A stretch of DNA of 63,360 bases, filler included. It is 6 parts of 6 records of this genome, joined end to end, with 100 filler letters (N's around TTAATTAATTAA, not from the genome) between each part and the next. Parts side by side here need not be neighbours in the genome. Positions count along the whole stretch, not along the records: positions 10,106 to 27,967 come from SRR20825010_742; positions 28,068 to 43,258 come from SRR20825010_745; 4 more parts are not named here. One strand, given 5' to 3'. Every line of letters begins with the position of its first letter. The stretch's first letter is position 1. The notes under the pieces are model-generated. The model saw only the letters and a program-made list of their open reading frames with translations, did not search any database and was not told the origin of the DNA. A program made the position numbers and the translations under genes. Positions 22,703-31,737 of the stretch are shown in pieces.

Positions 22703-23881
22703 ATGCGTGACTTTGCAGCAGAGCTGGAAGAGCGAAAACAGGCGGGGCTTTACCGCACCCGCCGCCAGATCAGCGGCCCCCAGCAGCCCGCGTTGGTTTC
22801 CGATGGCGTGCCGCTACTGTCGTTCTGCAGCAACGATTACCTGGGGCTGGCGAATCACCCCGGGATTATCAAGGCTGCCACTGAGGCCATGCCAAACACC
22901 GGTTTTGGCGGCGCCGCTTCGCATCTGATTTGCGGTCACCACGATGCCCACCACCAACTGGAACTGCGGCTAGCGGAATTTACCCGCCGCAGTGCTGCGC
23001 TGTTTTTTTCGACCGGCTACATGGCCAATATGGGCGTTATCTCTGCGCTGGCTGGCCGTGGCGATACCATCTTCTCTGATCGCCTGAACCATGCCTCCAT
23101 CATCGATGGTTGTGTTCTCAGCCGCGCCAGGGTGCGTCGTTATCGCCACGGTGATATGAGTGCCCTGGCTGACATGCTTGCCGCTACCGGTGGCCACAAG
23201 TTGGTGGTGACAGACGGCGTATTCAGCATGGATGGGGATATCGCGCCATTGAGGGAGTTGGCGGCACTGTGCCGGGCGCACGAGGCCCTTCTGGTGGTGG
23301 ATGACGCCCATGGTTTGGGCGTCCTGGGGCCTCAGGGGCGGGGCAGCCTGATGGAGCAGGGATTGTCCGAGGAGGACGTGCCCATATTGATCGGCACCCT
23401 GGGCAAGGCTGTGGGCACCAGTGGCGCCTTTGTGGCTGGCCCCCAGCTGTTGATGGATTACCTGGTACAGAAGGCCCGCACCTATATCTACACCACCGCC
23501 ATGCCTCCGGCCATCGCTCTGGCCACCTGTGCCAGCTTTGACCTGATCGAACGGGAAGATAGCCGTCGCAGTCACCTGCAGATGCTGATCTCAGAGTTTC
23601 GCCAGGAGGCATCGGCACTGGGCTATGAGTTGATGCCATCGCGCACACCAATTCAGCCAATCTTGGTGGGCGACAACTGGGCAGCCCTGGCATTGAGTCA
23701 GGCCCTGGAGGAGAGGGGGCTAATGGTTACGGCGATCAGGCCGCCGACTGTGCCGGAAGGCCAAGCTCGTTTGCGGGTCACCTTCAGCGCTGCGCACTCT
23801 TCGGAAGACCTGGCAACGTTGCTGTCCGCATTGGCGGACTGCCGTTCACTACTGAACAGGCCCTCTGCAGAGGTGGTATGA
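22703..23881 (+). CDS. bioF: 8-amino-7-oxononanoate synthase
   Basis: FCSNDYLGLA, DRLNHASIIDG, DDAHG, TLGKA, AIRPPTVP. Confidence 0.97.
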   Translation: MRDFAAELEERKQAGLYRTRRQISGPQQPALVSDGVPLLSFCSNDYLGLANHPGIIKAATEAMPNTGFGGAASHLICGHHDAHHQLELRLAEFTRRSAALFFSTGYMANMGVISALAGRGDTIFSDRLNHASIIDGCVLSRARVRRYRHGDMSALADMLAATGGHKLVVTDGVFSMDGDIAPLRELAALCRAHEALLVVDDAHGLGVLGPQGRGSLMEQGLSEEDVPILIGTLGKAVGTSGAFVAGPQLLMDYLVQKARTYIYTTAMPPAIALATCASFDLIEREDSRRSHLQMLISEFRQEASALGYELMPSRTPIQPILVGDNWAALALSQALEERGLMVTAIRPPTVPEGQARLRVTFSAAHSSEDLATLLSALADCRSLLNRPSAEVV

Positions 23882-24630
23882 ACGCTGTGGAATCACGAAT
23901 CCCGCTGGTGGTTGTGGGTGGTTGGGGTGTCGATGCCGCCATGTTGCTTCCGTTGTTTGATCGTTGGCCAGGGGAGATTCATCTGATATCGCTGAACGAC
24001 GCCCTGATGTCCCGATGCGACTCGATCACGGGGGTGGCGGATTATCTGCTGGAGCGTTATCCGTGCCCGTCAGTTTGGGCGGGTTGGTCCCAGGGGGCGC
24101 AGGTGGTAATGGCGGCTGCCTCACGCAGTTGTCCCCAGGTCCGCAAGGCAATCACTCTGGCGGGGTTTCCCCGCTTTGTGGCTGGGGAGCAGTGGTCCAC
24201 AGGGATGGAAGTGGATACTTTTGAGACATTCCGGGAACAGGTGTCGCAAAACGCCGGCCTTGCCTGGCGGCGCTTTCAGCGACTTTTGATTCACGGCAGC
24301 TATGATGAGTCGCAAGCCCGGCAGGAACTGCGCCCCTGGCTTGCGCGAGGGCCTTCTGTCAGCGACGTGAACCTGGTTCGGGGCCTGGACTGGTTGGGCA
24401 GCGAAGATCAGCGGTCTCTGTGGGGTGCTTTACCAGTGCCGACGCTGCATCTTCAGGCGAGCAACGATGTGGTCGTTGAATGTTGGGAGCACTCGTTTCA
24501 TCCGTCTCCAGCCGCCAAGGTCGTTAGGGTAACCGGTATGACCCATTGGCCTCGAGGGCAGGCGCTTTCGCGTTGCCATGACGAAATCCTTCAGTTTGTT
24601 TTCGGCAAGGAGGTTGAATGGACCCTGTAA
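23878..24630 (+). CDS. bioH: Pimeloyl-ACP methyl ester esterase (divergent alpha/beta hydrolase)
   Basis: GWSQG nucleophile elbow, PRFVA; position between bioF and bioC. Confidence 0.8.
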   Translation: MNAVESRIPLVVVGGWGVDAAMLLPLFDRWPGEIHLISLNDALMSRCDSITGVADYLLERYPCPSVWAGWSQGAQVVMAAASRSCPQVRKAITLAGFPRFVAGEQWSTGMEVDTFETFREQVSQNAGLAWRRFQRLLIHGSYDESQARQELRPWLARGPSVSDVNLVRGLDWLGSEDQRSLWGALPVPTLHLQASNDVVVECWEHSFHPSPAAKVVRVTGMTHWPRGQALSRCHDEILQFVFGKEVEWTL

Positions 24631-25442
24631 CATCCAATATCCACGACTGGGTGCCCCCGAAATCCACAATTGCCCGCGATTTCGGCTCAGCTTCCCATAC
24701 CTACAATCCCGCTGCCCGGCTGCAGCGCTATATGGGCCAGGTCTTGCTGGACCAGTTGAAGGAAGGGCTGCATCAGGCCCAAAGCGCAGATGGACTCCAG
24801 ATACTCGATCTGGGTAGCGGCACTGGGTGGTTTACAGGGCAGTTGGCGTCGATTCCGGGGAGCCAGGTGACTGGCGTTGATATTGCTGCGGGAATGCTTC
24901 GTTACGCCCGATCTGCCAACCCGAGCGGCATTCGGTGGATCGAGGCGGATGCCGAGGCGTTGCCGTTGCCGGATAACAGTGTGGACGTGGTCTTCAGCAA
25001 TTTGATGATTCAGTGGTGCCGTGACCCGGCCGGTGTGCTTGCTGAATGCCGCCGGGTTCTGCGCCCAGGCGGTCGGCTACTGGTGTCGACATTGCTGGAG
25101 GGTACCCTTGACGAACTTCGGGAAGCATGGCACCGGGCAGACCCCGGGCACCAGCATGTGAATCGTTTTGAATCGGAAGCGCGTTTTCGGGAGCAGGCAT
25201 TTGAAACGCTCCCGGATCCGCAACTTGCGATCGAGACCATTTCACTGGATTATCCCTCGCCGCTGGCTCTGTTGGCGGAGCTCAAGGCTATCGGCGCCGG
25301 GTACAAAGGCGCCTCGCGGCGGCAAAGCGCGACCGCGCCTGGCCGTTTGCGGGCCATGTGCCGTTATTATCCGCGAGACGGGGAACGCCGGATACAGGCC
25401 ACTTACACATCGGCATGGCTGGGTTGCCGTCTGCCGGACTGA
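24618..25442 (+). CDS. bioC: Malonyl-ACP O-methyltransferase
   Basis: LDLGSGTG, DAEALP, SNLMIQW, TLDELREAW, HVNRF. Confidence 0.93.
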   Translation: MDPVTSNIHDWVPPKSTIARDFGSASHTYNPAARLQRYMGQVLLDQLKEGLHQAQSADGLQILDLGSGTGWFTGQLASIPGSQVTGVDIAAGMLRYARSANPSGIRWIEADAEALPLPDNSVDVVFSNLMIQWCRDPAGVLAECRRVLRPGGRLLVSTLLEGTLDELREAWHRADPGHQHVNRFESEARFREQAFETLPDPQLAIETISLDYPSPLALLAELKAIGAGYKGASRRQSATAPGRLRAMCRYYPRDGERRIQATYTSAWLGCRLPD

Positions 25443-25461
25443 CATGGGGATTCATTGATCT

Positions 25462-26154
25462 ATGGCCAGAAAGAGTTACTTTGTGACGGGTACCGACACC
25501 GGCGTGGGGAAAACGCTGGTGTCTGCTGCGATTCTTGAGGCGGCCGCTACCCTGGGGAAGAAAACGCTTGCGATGAAACCAGTGGCGTCTGGTTGCGACG
25601 AAACACCGGAGGGGCTGCGCAATGAAGATGCGCTGATACTGATGGAGTCCATGTCGGAACCGTTTCCTTACGATCAGGTGAACCCGGTAGCCTTACAGCC
25701 CGCCATCGCGCCCCATGTGGCAGCTGCCCAGGCGGGTCGGCACCTCACGGCGGAACGGCTGGTCGGATTTTGCCGCGGGTTGCAGATGCGTCCCGCGGAT
25801 TTACTGTTGGTGGAGGGTGCCGGCGGCTGGCGGGTACCACTCAATGATCGTGAAACCTACGCCGCCATGCCTGTCGCTCTGGGTATGCCTGTCATTATGG
25901 TGGTACCCCTGAAACTGGGCTGTATCAACCATGCACTGTTAACCGCTGAAGCTATCCGCCGTGATGGCTTGCCTGTCGCAGGCTGGGTGGCCAATCGGCC
26001 GGACCCCGCGGCCATGAACTGTGAGCAGGAAACCCTCGATTATCTGATTCAGAACCTGCCCGCGCCATGCCTGGGGGTGTTGCCATGGCAGAAGCGTGCC
26101 GACCCGAAGGAGCTGGCCGAAGCCCTGGATGTTGCCGTTTTGTTTGAAAATTGA
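25462..26154 (+). CDS. bioD: Dethiobiotin synthase
   Basis: VTGTDTGVGKT, KPVASG, VEGAGGW, LGCINHALLT. Confidence 0.97.
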   Translation: MARKSYFVTGTDTGVGKTLVSAAILEAAATLGKKTLAMKPVASGCDETPEGLRNEDALILMESMSEPFPYDQVNPVALQPAIAPHVAAAQAGRHLTAERLVGFCRGLQMRPADLLLVEGAGGWRVPLNDRETYAAMPVALGMPVIMVVPLKLGCINHALLTAEAIRRDGLPVAGWVANRPDPAAMNCEQETLDYLIQNLPAPCLGVLPWQKRADPKELAEALDVAVLFEN

Positions 26155-26205
26155 CCAAATTTGTGGCTTACTGGTGTCAATATATGGTCATTGGGCTGCG
26201 CGGTT

Positions 26206-26451
26206 ATGATCAGCAATACATTAGGCATTGGTATTCAGGGTATCCAGGACGGCATGCAAGGCATGGAAAATGCCGCCCGCAGGATTGCCCGTGGCGGTGT
26301 TGATGGCCCCCAGGGCACGGCAGAAGGTGTCGGTGGCCTCGTGGAACCGATCATTGATCTGAAACTGTACGAGCGCAGCGTTGAAGCCTCGGCCCAGGTA
26401 GTGAAAACCGCCGACGAAACCCTGGGAACGCTTCTGGATATTACTGCCTGA
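26206..26451 (+). CDS. Small protein resembling the fused N- and C-termini of flagellar rod/hook proteins
   Basis: GIQGIQ...AARRIA N-terminus and SAQVVKTADETLGTLLDI C-terminus. Confidence 0.75.
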   Translation: MISNTLGIGIQGIQDGMQGMENAARRIARGGVDGPQGTAEGVGGLVEPIIDLKLYERSVEASAQVVKTADETLGTLLDITA

Positions 26452-26512
26452 ACCCTCTCAGGGCGTCCGAGCCCTGTTCAGGTCCTTTGGATTCGACGGC
26501 CAGTCTGCTGAC

Positions 26513-27241
26513 ATGATGATTTCGGGCTCCCTTCCGTCAATGGCTTCTGCCTTTCCTACGCCTTCCGTTGGCTCGGGAGACGCAGCTGCGCGTGCCCCTC
26601 TCCGGCCATCTTCGGATGAATCACCTTCATCTCGAACATCTCCTGAAACCTCCGGGTCCGACCGCGTAGCTGACGATAATGCTGCGGAGGATCGTACCCG
26701 CTCGCAGGGTTCCAGCGTAGAGGATGCTCAGGGCCTGGATGAGGCAGAGCTGAAACAGCTTACGGAACTGAAAGCCAGGGACCGTGAGGTTCGTGCCCAT
26801 GAGGCAGCCCATCAGGCGGTTGGCGGCCAGTACGCCGGTTCCATTTCCTACGTCTATGAACGGGGCCCCGACGGTGCCCAGTACGCTGTTGGTGGCGAGG
26901 TCTCGATTAGCACCTCGCCCGTGCGGGGAGATCCCCAGGCGACAATCGATAAAATGCGTGTGGTCAGGGCCGCAGCGTTGGCGCCGGCAGAGCCTTCCCC
27001 ACAAGACCGGGCGGTGGCGGCAGAGGCCATGCAGTTGATGCTGCAGGCACAAGCTGAACTCTCCTCAGAGTTGGGTCGCACTGACGAGTCCGGGCAATCT
27101 GAAGTGTCCGAGGACCAGGCGGGTGACGAAAGCAGTGCAAAGCAGTCGCAGGAAGCGACGAATGCCTATCAGGTCATCTCCGGCGTCGGGAGCAATGATG
27201 TAAGCGCCAATCCCCCTTCATCCTTCCGGGCAACAGCCTGA
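26513..27241 (+). CDS. SprA-related family protein (putative metalloprotease)
   Basis: LKARDREVRAHEAAH, GPDGAQYAVGGEV, AALAPAEPSPQD. Confidence 0.85.
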   Translation: MMISGSLPSMASAFPTPSVGSGDAAARAPLRPSSDESPSSRTSPETSGSDRVADDNAAEDRTRSQGSSVEDAQGLDEAELKQLTELKARDREVRAHEAAHQAVGGQYAGSISYVYERGPDGAQYAVGGEVSISTSPVRGDPQATIDKMRVVRAAALAPAEPSPQDRAVAAEAMQLMLQAQAELSSELGRTDESGQSEVSEDQAGDESSAKQSQEATNAYQVISGVGSNDVSANPPSSFRATA

Positions 27242-27335
27242 AAACAAGCTGCTTTTTAGTCTAAAACCTCCCCGTGTGCTTAAGCCATCGGTACACATTC
27301 GCGACAAAACACAACACAAATTTTGATTGCGCCTA

Positions 27336-27379
27336 TTGACAATTCTGTGCCTCTAAACGTATGTTTCAAACAAGTGTTT
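27336..27379 (+). promoter_or_regulatory. Promoter with two tandem PsrA-like boxes
   Basis: TTGACA-N18-TATGTT overlapped by AAAC-GTAT-GTTT (27355-27366) and AAAC-AAGT-GTTT (27368-27379). Confidence 0.7.
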
Positions 27380-27478
27380 TATTGGCGTTCAGCTTCTCTT
27401 GCTGAGCGTATGAGTAAATCCCGAGGCTGAGTGTTGTGACCGTGTCGCAGCTGAGACCGAAAACCTGAGGTGGATTCC

Positions 27479-27967
27479 ATGCCTGACTACAAAGCGCCCC
27501 TGCGTGACATTAAATTCGTAATGAACGAGCTGCTGGACAGCGAGCAGCACTACGCCAATCTGGAAGGCGCCGAAGATGCAACTCCGGATATGGTCGATGC
27601 CATCATCGGGGAAGGTGCCAAGTTCTGTGAGCAGGTTCTGTCTCCGCTGAACCAGGTGGGCGATAAAGAAGGCTGCACCTGGAGCGAAGACGGCGTGAAA
27701 ACGCCAACCGGCTTCAAAGAGGCCTATCAGCAGTACGTGGAAGGCGGCTGGCCGTCCATGACCGCTGATCCCAACTATGGTGGCCAGGGCCTGCCACACT
27801 CTCTTGGCCTGGTAATGAGCGAGATGGTGGGTACCGCCAACTGGTCCTGGGGCATGTATCCCGGCCTCAGCCACGGTGCGACCAACACCATTGAAGCCCA
27901 CGGCACTGAAGAGCAGAAGCAGACTTACCTCACCAAGCTGATCAGCGGCGAGTGGACCGGCACCATG
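27479..27967 (+). CDS. Acyl-CoA dehydrogenase (3'-partial)
   Basis: MPDYKAPLRDIKFV, GGQGLP, YLTKLISGEWTGTM. Confidence 0.93.
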
Positions 27968-28067
27968 NNNNNNNNNNNNNNNNNNNNNNNNNNNNNNNNN
28001 NNNNNNNNNNNTTAATTAATTAANNNNNNNNNNNNNNNNNNNNNNNNNNNNNNNNNNNNNNNNNNNN
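27968..28067. other. Artificial contig linker
   Basis: 44 N + TTAATTAATTAA + 44 N. Confidence 0.98.
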
Positions 28068-28489
28068 CCAGCGCGGTTGAATGTCCACACAATGTCGCCT
28101 GACTTGCCTGGGTCCACATGCGTCATGTAGGGCTCGTCGTGTTCCATGCCGGGAAACTTCATCATCAATTCGGCATGTTTTGCGTTTTCTGCTTTCGTTC
28201 CAATCACAAACTCGTGCAACAACTTGCCCGTGTTTTTCACACGAAAACGAATGGTTTCGCCTTCCTTGATTTCAAGCTTGCCAGGCTTGAAACGCATGTC
28301 ATCGCCCATGCTCACATCAATGGTTCGTTTCACGGCTGCCGCATCGCCGGCAATGCCCCATTCTTTCTGTTCCTTCTCCACTGGGGCGCTGCTGTGTTTC
28401 TTGTCGCCATGCGCAACGGCCGGGCTGCTTAAAGCGCCAGCAAAAGCCGCACATGCAAATAAGACAGATGCCTTCTTGAATAATTTCAT
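28068..28489 (-). CDS. Periplasmic cupredoxin / copper-tolerance protein (3'-partial)
   Basis: Signal peptide, DDMRFKP, HEFVIG, HAELMMKFPGMEHDEP. Confidence 0.88.
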
Positions 28490-28520
28490 GATTTACATTC
28501 CTTTACGTACTAACTGTTCA

Positions 28521-29933
28521 TCAATGTCCGGAATGGCCGCTGGGTTTGCGCACCTTCAGTTCAATCTCGGGCTGATTCTTTTGCTTCAATTCCATGCTGC
28601 CCTTGCCCGCACTGCTGCTGCGTTTTGGTTTGGCCAGTTCACCCGTGAATTCGTAGGCCACCGTGCCTTCGGGGTGTTTGTACCAACTGGGATCAGAATA
28701 GTCGCCAGGCTTTTGGTCTTTGCGCACTTTGAGCATGCTGAACATGCCACCCATTTCCACAGATCCAAACGGTCCTTCACCCGTCATCATGGGGATGGTG
28801 TTGTCGGGCAGGGGCATTTGCATTTCTGCCATGTCGGCCATTCCGCGTTCACCCATCACCATGTAGTCTGGAATCAGGTTGGTGATCTTTTTTGTCATGC
28901 CGCGGTGATCCACGCCAATCATGGTGGGCACGTCGTGCCCCATGGCATTCATCGTGTGGTGGCTTTTGTGGCAATGAAACGCCCAATCGCCCTCTTCGTT
29001 GGCGATGAATTCCATTTGCCGCATTTGCCCCACCGCAATGTCCACGGTCACTTCGGGCCAACGGCTGCCTTTGGGTGTGGGGCCACCGTCGGTGCCGGTT
29101 ACTTCGAATTCATGCCCATGAAGGTGAATGGGGTGGTTGGTCATGGTCAGGTTGCCCACACGCAAACGCACCCTGTCATTCTTGCGTGCCACCAGCGGTG
29201 AAATGCCAGGGAAGAGGCGGCTGTTCCAGGTCCACAAATTAAAGTCGAGCATGGTCATGATCTTCGGTGTGTAGGCACCGGGATCAATGTCGTAGGCATT
29301 CAACAAGAAACAGTAATCGCGGTCTACTTCGCTGATCAGCGGGTTTTTGTTCTTTGGGTGCGTGACCCAAAAACCCATCATGCCCATGGCCATTTGCACC
29401 ATTTCATCGGCATGCGGGTGGTACATGAAGGTGCCGGGGCGCCTAGCCTCGAATTCATACACAAAGGTTTTGCCGGAAGGAATGGCTGGCTGATTCAAGC
29501 CCGACACACCATCCATGCCATTGGGCAAACGCTGGCCATGCCAGTGAATGCTGGTGTGCTCGGGCAGTTTGTTGGTCACAAAAATACGCACTCGGTCGCC
29601 TTCCACCACTTCAATGGTGGGGCCCGGGCTTTGACCGTTGTAGCCCCACAGGTGGGCTGTCATGCCGGGTGCCATTTCACGCAGCACGGGCTCGGCCACC
29701 AGGTGGAATTCCTTCACGCCCTTGTTCATGCGCCAAGGCAAGGTCCAGCCATTCAGGGTGACAACCGGGTTGTATGGCCGCCCGGTGTTGGGCACCAAGG
29801 GTGGCATGGTGTCGGGCAAGGTTTGCATGATCGGCTCAGGCAATGCGGCCATGGCCACTTTGCTGACACTGGCTGCCGCCACTGCACCACCGGTCATCGC
29901 GGCGGCTTTGAAAAATTCACGTCTGGAAGTCAT
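28521..29933 (-). CDS. Tat-exported multicopper oxidase
   Basis: SRREFFK Tat motif; HWHG, YHPH, HPIHLHGH and HCHKSHH copper ligands; Met-rich C-terminus. Confidence 0.95.
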   Translation of the reverse strand: MTSRREFFKAAAMTGGAVAAASVSKVAMAALPEPIMQTLPDTMPPLVPNTGRPYNPVVTLNGWTLPWRMNKGVKEFHLVAEPVLREMAPGMTAHLWGYNGQSPGPTIEVVEGDRVRIFVTNKLPEHTSIHWHGQRLPNGMDGVSGLNQPAIPSGKTFVYEFEARRPGTFMYHPHADEMVQMAMGMMGFWVTHPKNKNPLISEVDRDYCFLLNAYDIDPGAYTPKIMTMLDFNLWTWNSRLFPGISPLVARKNDRVRLRVGNLTMTNHPIHLHGHEFEVTGTDGGPTPKGSRWPEVTVDIAVGQMRQMEFIANEEGDWAFHCHKSHHTMNAMGHDVPTMIGVDHRGMTKKITNLIPDYMVMGERGMADMAEMQMPLPDNTIPMMTGEGPFGSVEMGGMFSMLKVRKDQKPGDYSDPSWYKHPEGTVAYEFTGELAKPKRSSSAGKGSMELKQKNQPEIELKVRKPSGHSGH

Positions 29934-29961
29934 TTTAAAATCCTTGTATGTTTGCCACTAC

Positions 29962-31386
29962 TTAATGGCCACCGCCGGCATCACCGCCCGCACCCATCGC
30001 TGCACCGCTGACAGACACCATCATGGGCTTGCCCACCACGGTGGCTTGCAGGGCGGCGTCGGCCCGCCAAAAATCGGCTTGTGCATTGATGGCCTGAACA
30101 ACCGTGCTTACCTGGTCGCGGCTATCGGCCAGCAACTCAAATACCCCAATGAACATGCCGTTGTAACGCAGCAGGTTTTCATCGGCGATGGTTTGCCGCA
30201 GGGGCACCACTTCATCGCGGTAATGGCGTGCAATGTCGTAGGTGGTACGGTAGGCGGAATAACTTTCCCGCAGGGTGGATTGCGCAGCACGCAACGTGGC
30301 TTCAAGCCGGTTGGCAGCAGCCAGTGTGTTGGCATTCATGGCGTCGCGTTTCATGCCGCCCCAATCGAAAATGGGCAGGCTCAATTCCAGTTCCCACCCC
30401 TTTTTGTTGGCGCGTTCGCCCGTGTCATTGTCGAAAATGGTGTCGTAACGCACCCCCGCTTCAATGTCGACAAAGCTGGCCACATTGCCCAAACCCTGCG
30501 CCTTGGCACTGGCATCAAAGCCATGCTTGGCCATGCGCACATCCAGGCGTTGTTCGCCTTGCCTGGCCACATCCGAAGGGGCTTTGGGTTCTTCCGGCAG
30601 ATCCGGCAGGCGATCGGGCAACTTCAGTTGCGCAGCCTGATCGGTATTCAAGCCCAACATGCGCACAAGGGCCTCGCGGGTGGCTGTGGCTTTGTGCCGT
30701 GTGGCCGCCAGGTTCAATGCCGCATCGGCATAAAAACTTTGCTGCCGGGCCCGTTGCAGGCGGGTGAAATTGCCCACTTCCTGCATGCGGCGAGCCAGTT
30801 CAGCGCTGGTTTGCGCGCTTTCAAACACTTGCTGCGCGTAGGTGTGTGCCTGTTTGGCTGCCACAGCGTCTACCCAAGCTTGACGCACTTGGGTTACCTG
30901 GTCCACCACGTTGCTGGTCAGTTGCAACTGTGCACGGTCAATCTGGCTTCTGGCAATGCCTTGGCGTGCGGGCAGGCTGAGCAGATCGAGCAAACCGAAA
31001 CTGAGCAGTCTGCCAATTTCAAGTTCATCTTTAAAGCGCAGGCGCTCGAATGCAAACACCGGGTTGTGCACGCGCCCGCTTTGGGCGGCCTGCGCAGCTT
31101 GTGCCCAGTTTTCGGCCAGCACGGTTTGAAATTGCGGGCTGTGGGTCAGCATCAATTCCACGGCAGCGGGCTGACTCAGTGGTTCTATCAAAATACCGTC
31201 AGCCTTGCTGGCCATGGCCTTGCGCTGTTCATCGGTTTGAACAAGGCTTAACTGGCCGTTGGTGAAACCAGTCAATTCCTGATTGGTTTGTTCTACCGAA
31301 TCATTGATGTTCACCGTGGCGCAACCAGCCAACACCAGCACAGCCAAAGCAATGGCTGTCTTTCTCAGCAACCGGGGTGTATTCAT
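29962..31386 (-). CDS. TolC-family outer membrane lipoprotein (copper cluster type)
   Basis: Lipobox LAGC, LSLPIFDWG, LRYNGMFIGVFELL. Confidence 0.92.
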   Translation of the reverse strand: MNTPRLLRKTAIALAVLVLAGCATVNINDSVEQTNQELTGFTNGQLSLVQTDEQRKAMASKADGILIEPLSQPAAVELMLTHSPQFQTVLAENWAQAAQAAQSGRVHNPVFAFERLRFKDELEIGRLLSFGLLDLLSLPARQGIARSQIDRAQLQLTSNVVDQVTQVRQAWVDAVAAKQAHTYAQQVFESAQTSAELARRMQEVGNFTRLQRARQQSFYADAALNLAATRHKATATREALVRMLGLNTDQAAQLKLPDRLPDLPEEPKAPSDVARQGEQRLDVRMAKHGFDASAKAQGLGNVASFVDIEAGVRYDTIFDNDTGERANKKGWELELSLPIFDWGGMKRDAMNANTLAAANRLEATLRAAQSTLRESYSAYRTTYDIARHYRDEVVPLRQTIADENLLRYNGMFIGVFELLADSRDQVSTVVQAINAQADFWRADAALQATVVGKPMMVSVSGAAMGAGGDAGGGH

Positions 31387-31661
31387 TGGGCACCTCCATG
31401 TTGCCGATGGGGGTCAGCCTGTGGCGGTTCAGCCTTGTCTTCGCTGGACTTTTCGTCATAAGGTTCGCGGGCATACACACGCCACCCACCAATTTCGCCA
31501 ACCTCGTCATTCACCTTGGGCCAGTTTTGTATTTCAGGTTCGGAATAGGCTTGATAGCCTTCAAATGCCGATTTGTAATCGAGTTCTTGCGCAGCGGTTT
31601 GGGCGTAGGCAGGCAAAGCCAGCACCAGCAAAGGCAACGCAATCAGGGAATAGGACTTCAT
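31383..31661 (-). CDS. Small exported protein of the copper cluster
   Basis: GAGG SD, signal peptide, YKSAFEGY and VGEIGGWRVYAREP motifs; ATGA coupling to tolC. Confidence 0.8.
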   Translation of the reverse strand: MKSYSLIALPLLVLALPAYAQTAAQELDYKSAFEGYQAYSEPEIQNWPKVNDEVGEIGGWRVYAREPYDEKSSEDKAEPPQADPHRQHGGAQ

Positions 31662-31665
31662 AGGA

Positions 31666-31737
31666 CCTCGCAATCATTCAATACACAAGGCATGCACAGG
31701 CCAAAGCCCGGTGCACACCGACGAATCAAATTGCGAG
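31666..31737 (-). promoter_or_regulatory. mRNA stem-loop sequestering the SD of the copper operon
   Basis: Leader-ORF sequence CUCGCAAU (31737-31730) is the exact complement of AUUGCGAG (31674-31667), which covers most of the GAGG SD; nested inner hairpin. Confidence 0.7.

Noticed and set aside
21628-22704. 358-aa minus-strand ORF over bioB (also 12359-13330 over hflC and 4277-5065 over pcm)
   Set aside because: Antisense shadows expected from GC-rich codon bias opposite well-conserved genes.
29662-31251. 529-aa plus-strand ORF (also 28146-29201)
   Set aside because: Antisense shadows of the TolC and multicopper oxidase genes; no recognisable motifs.
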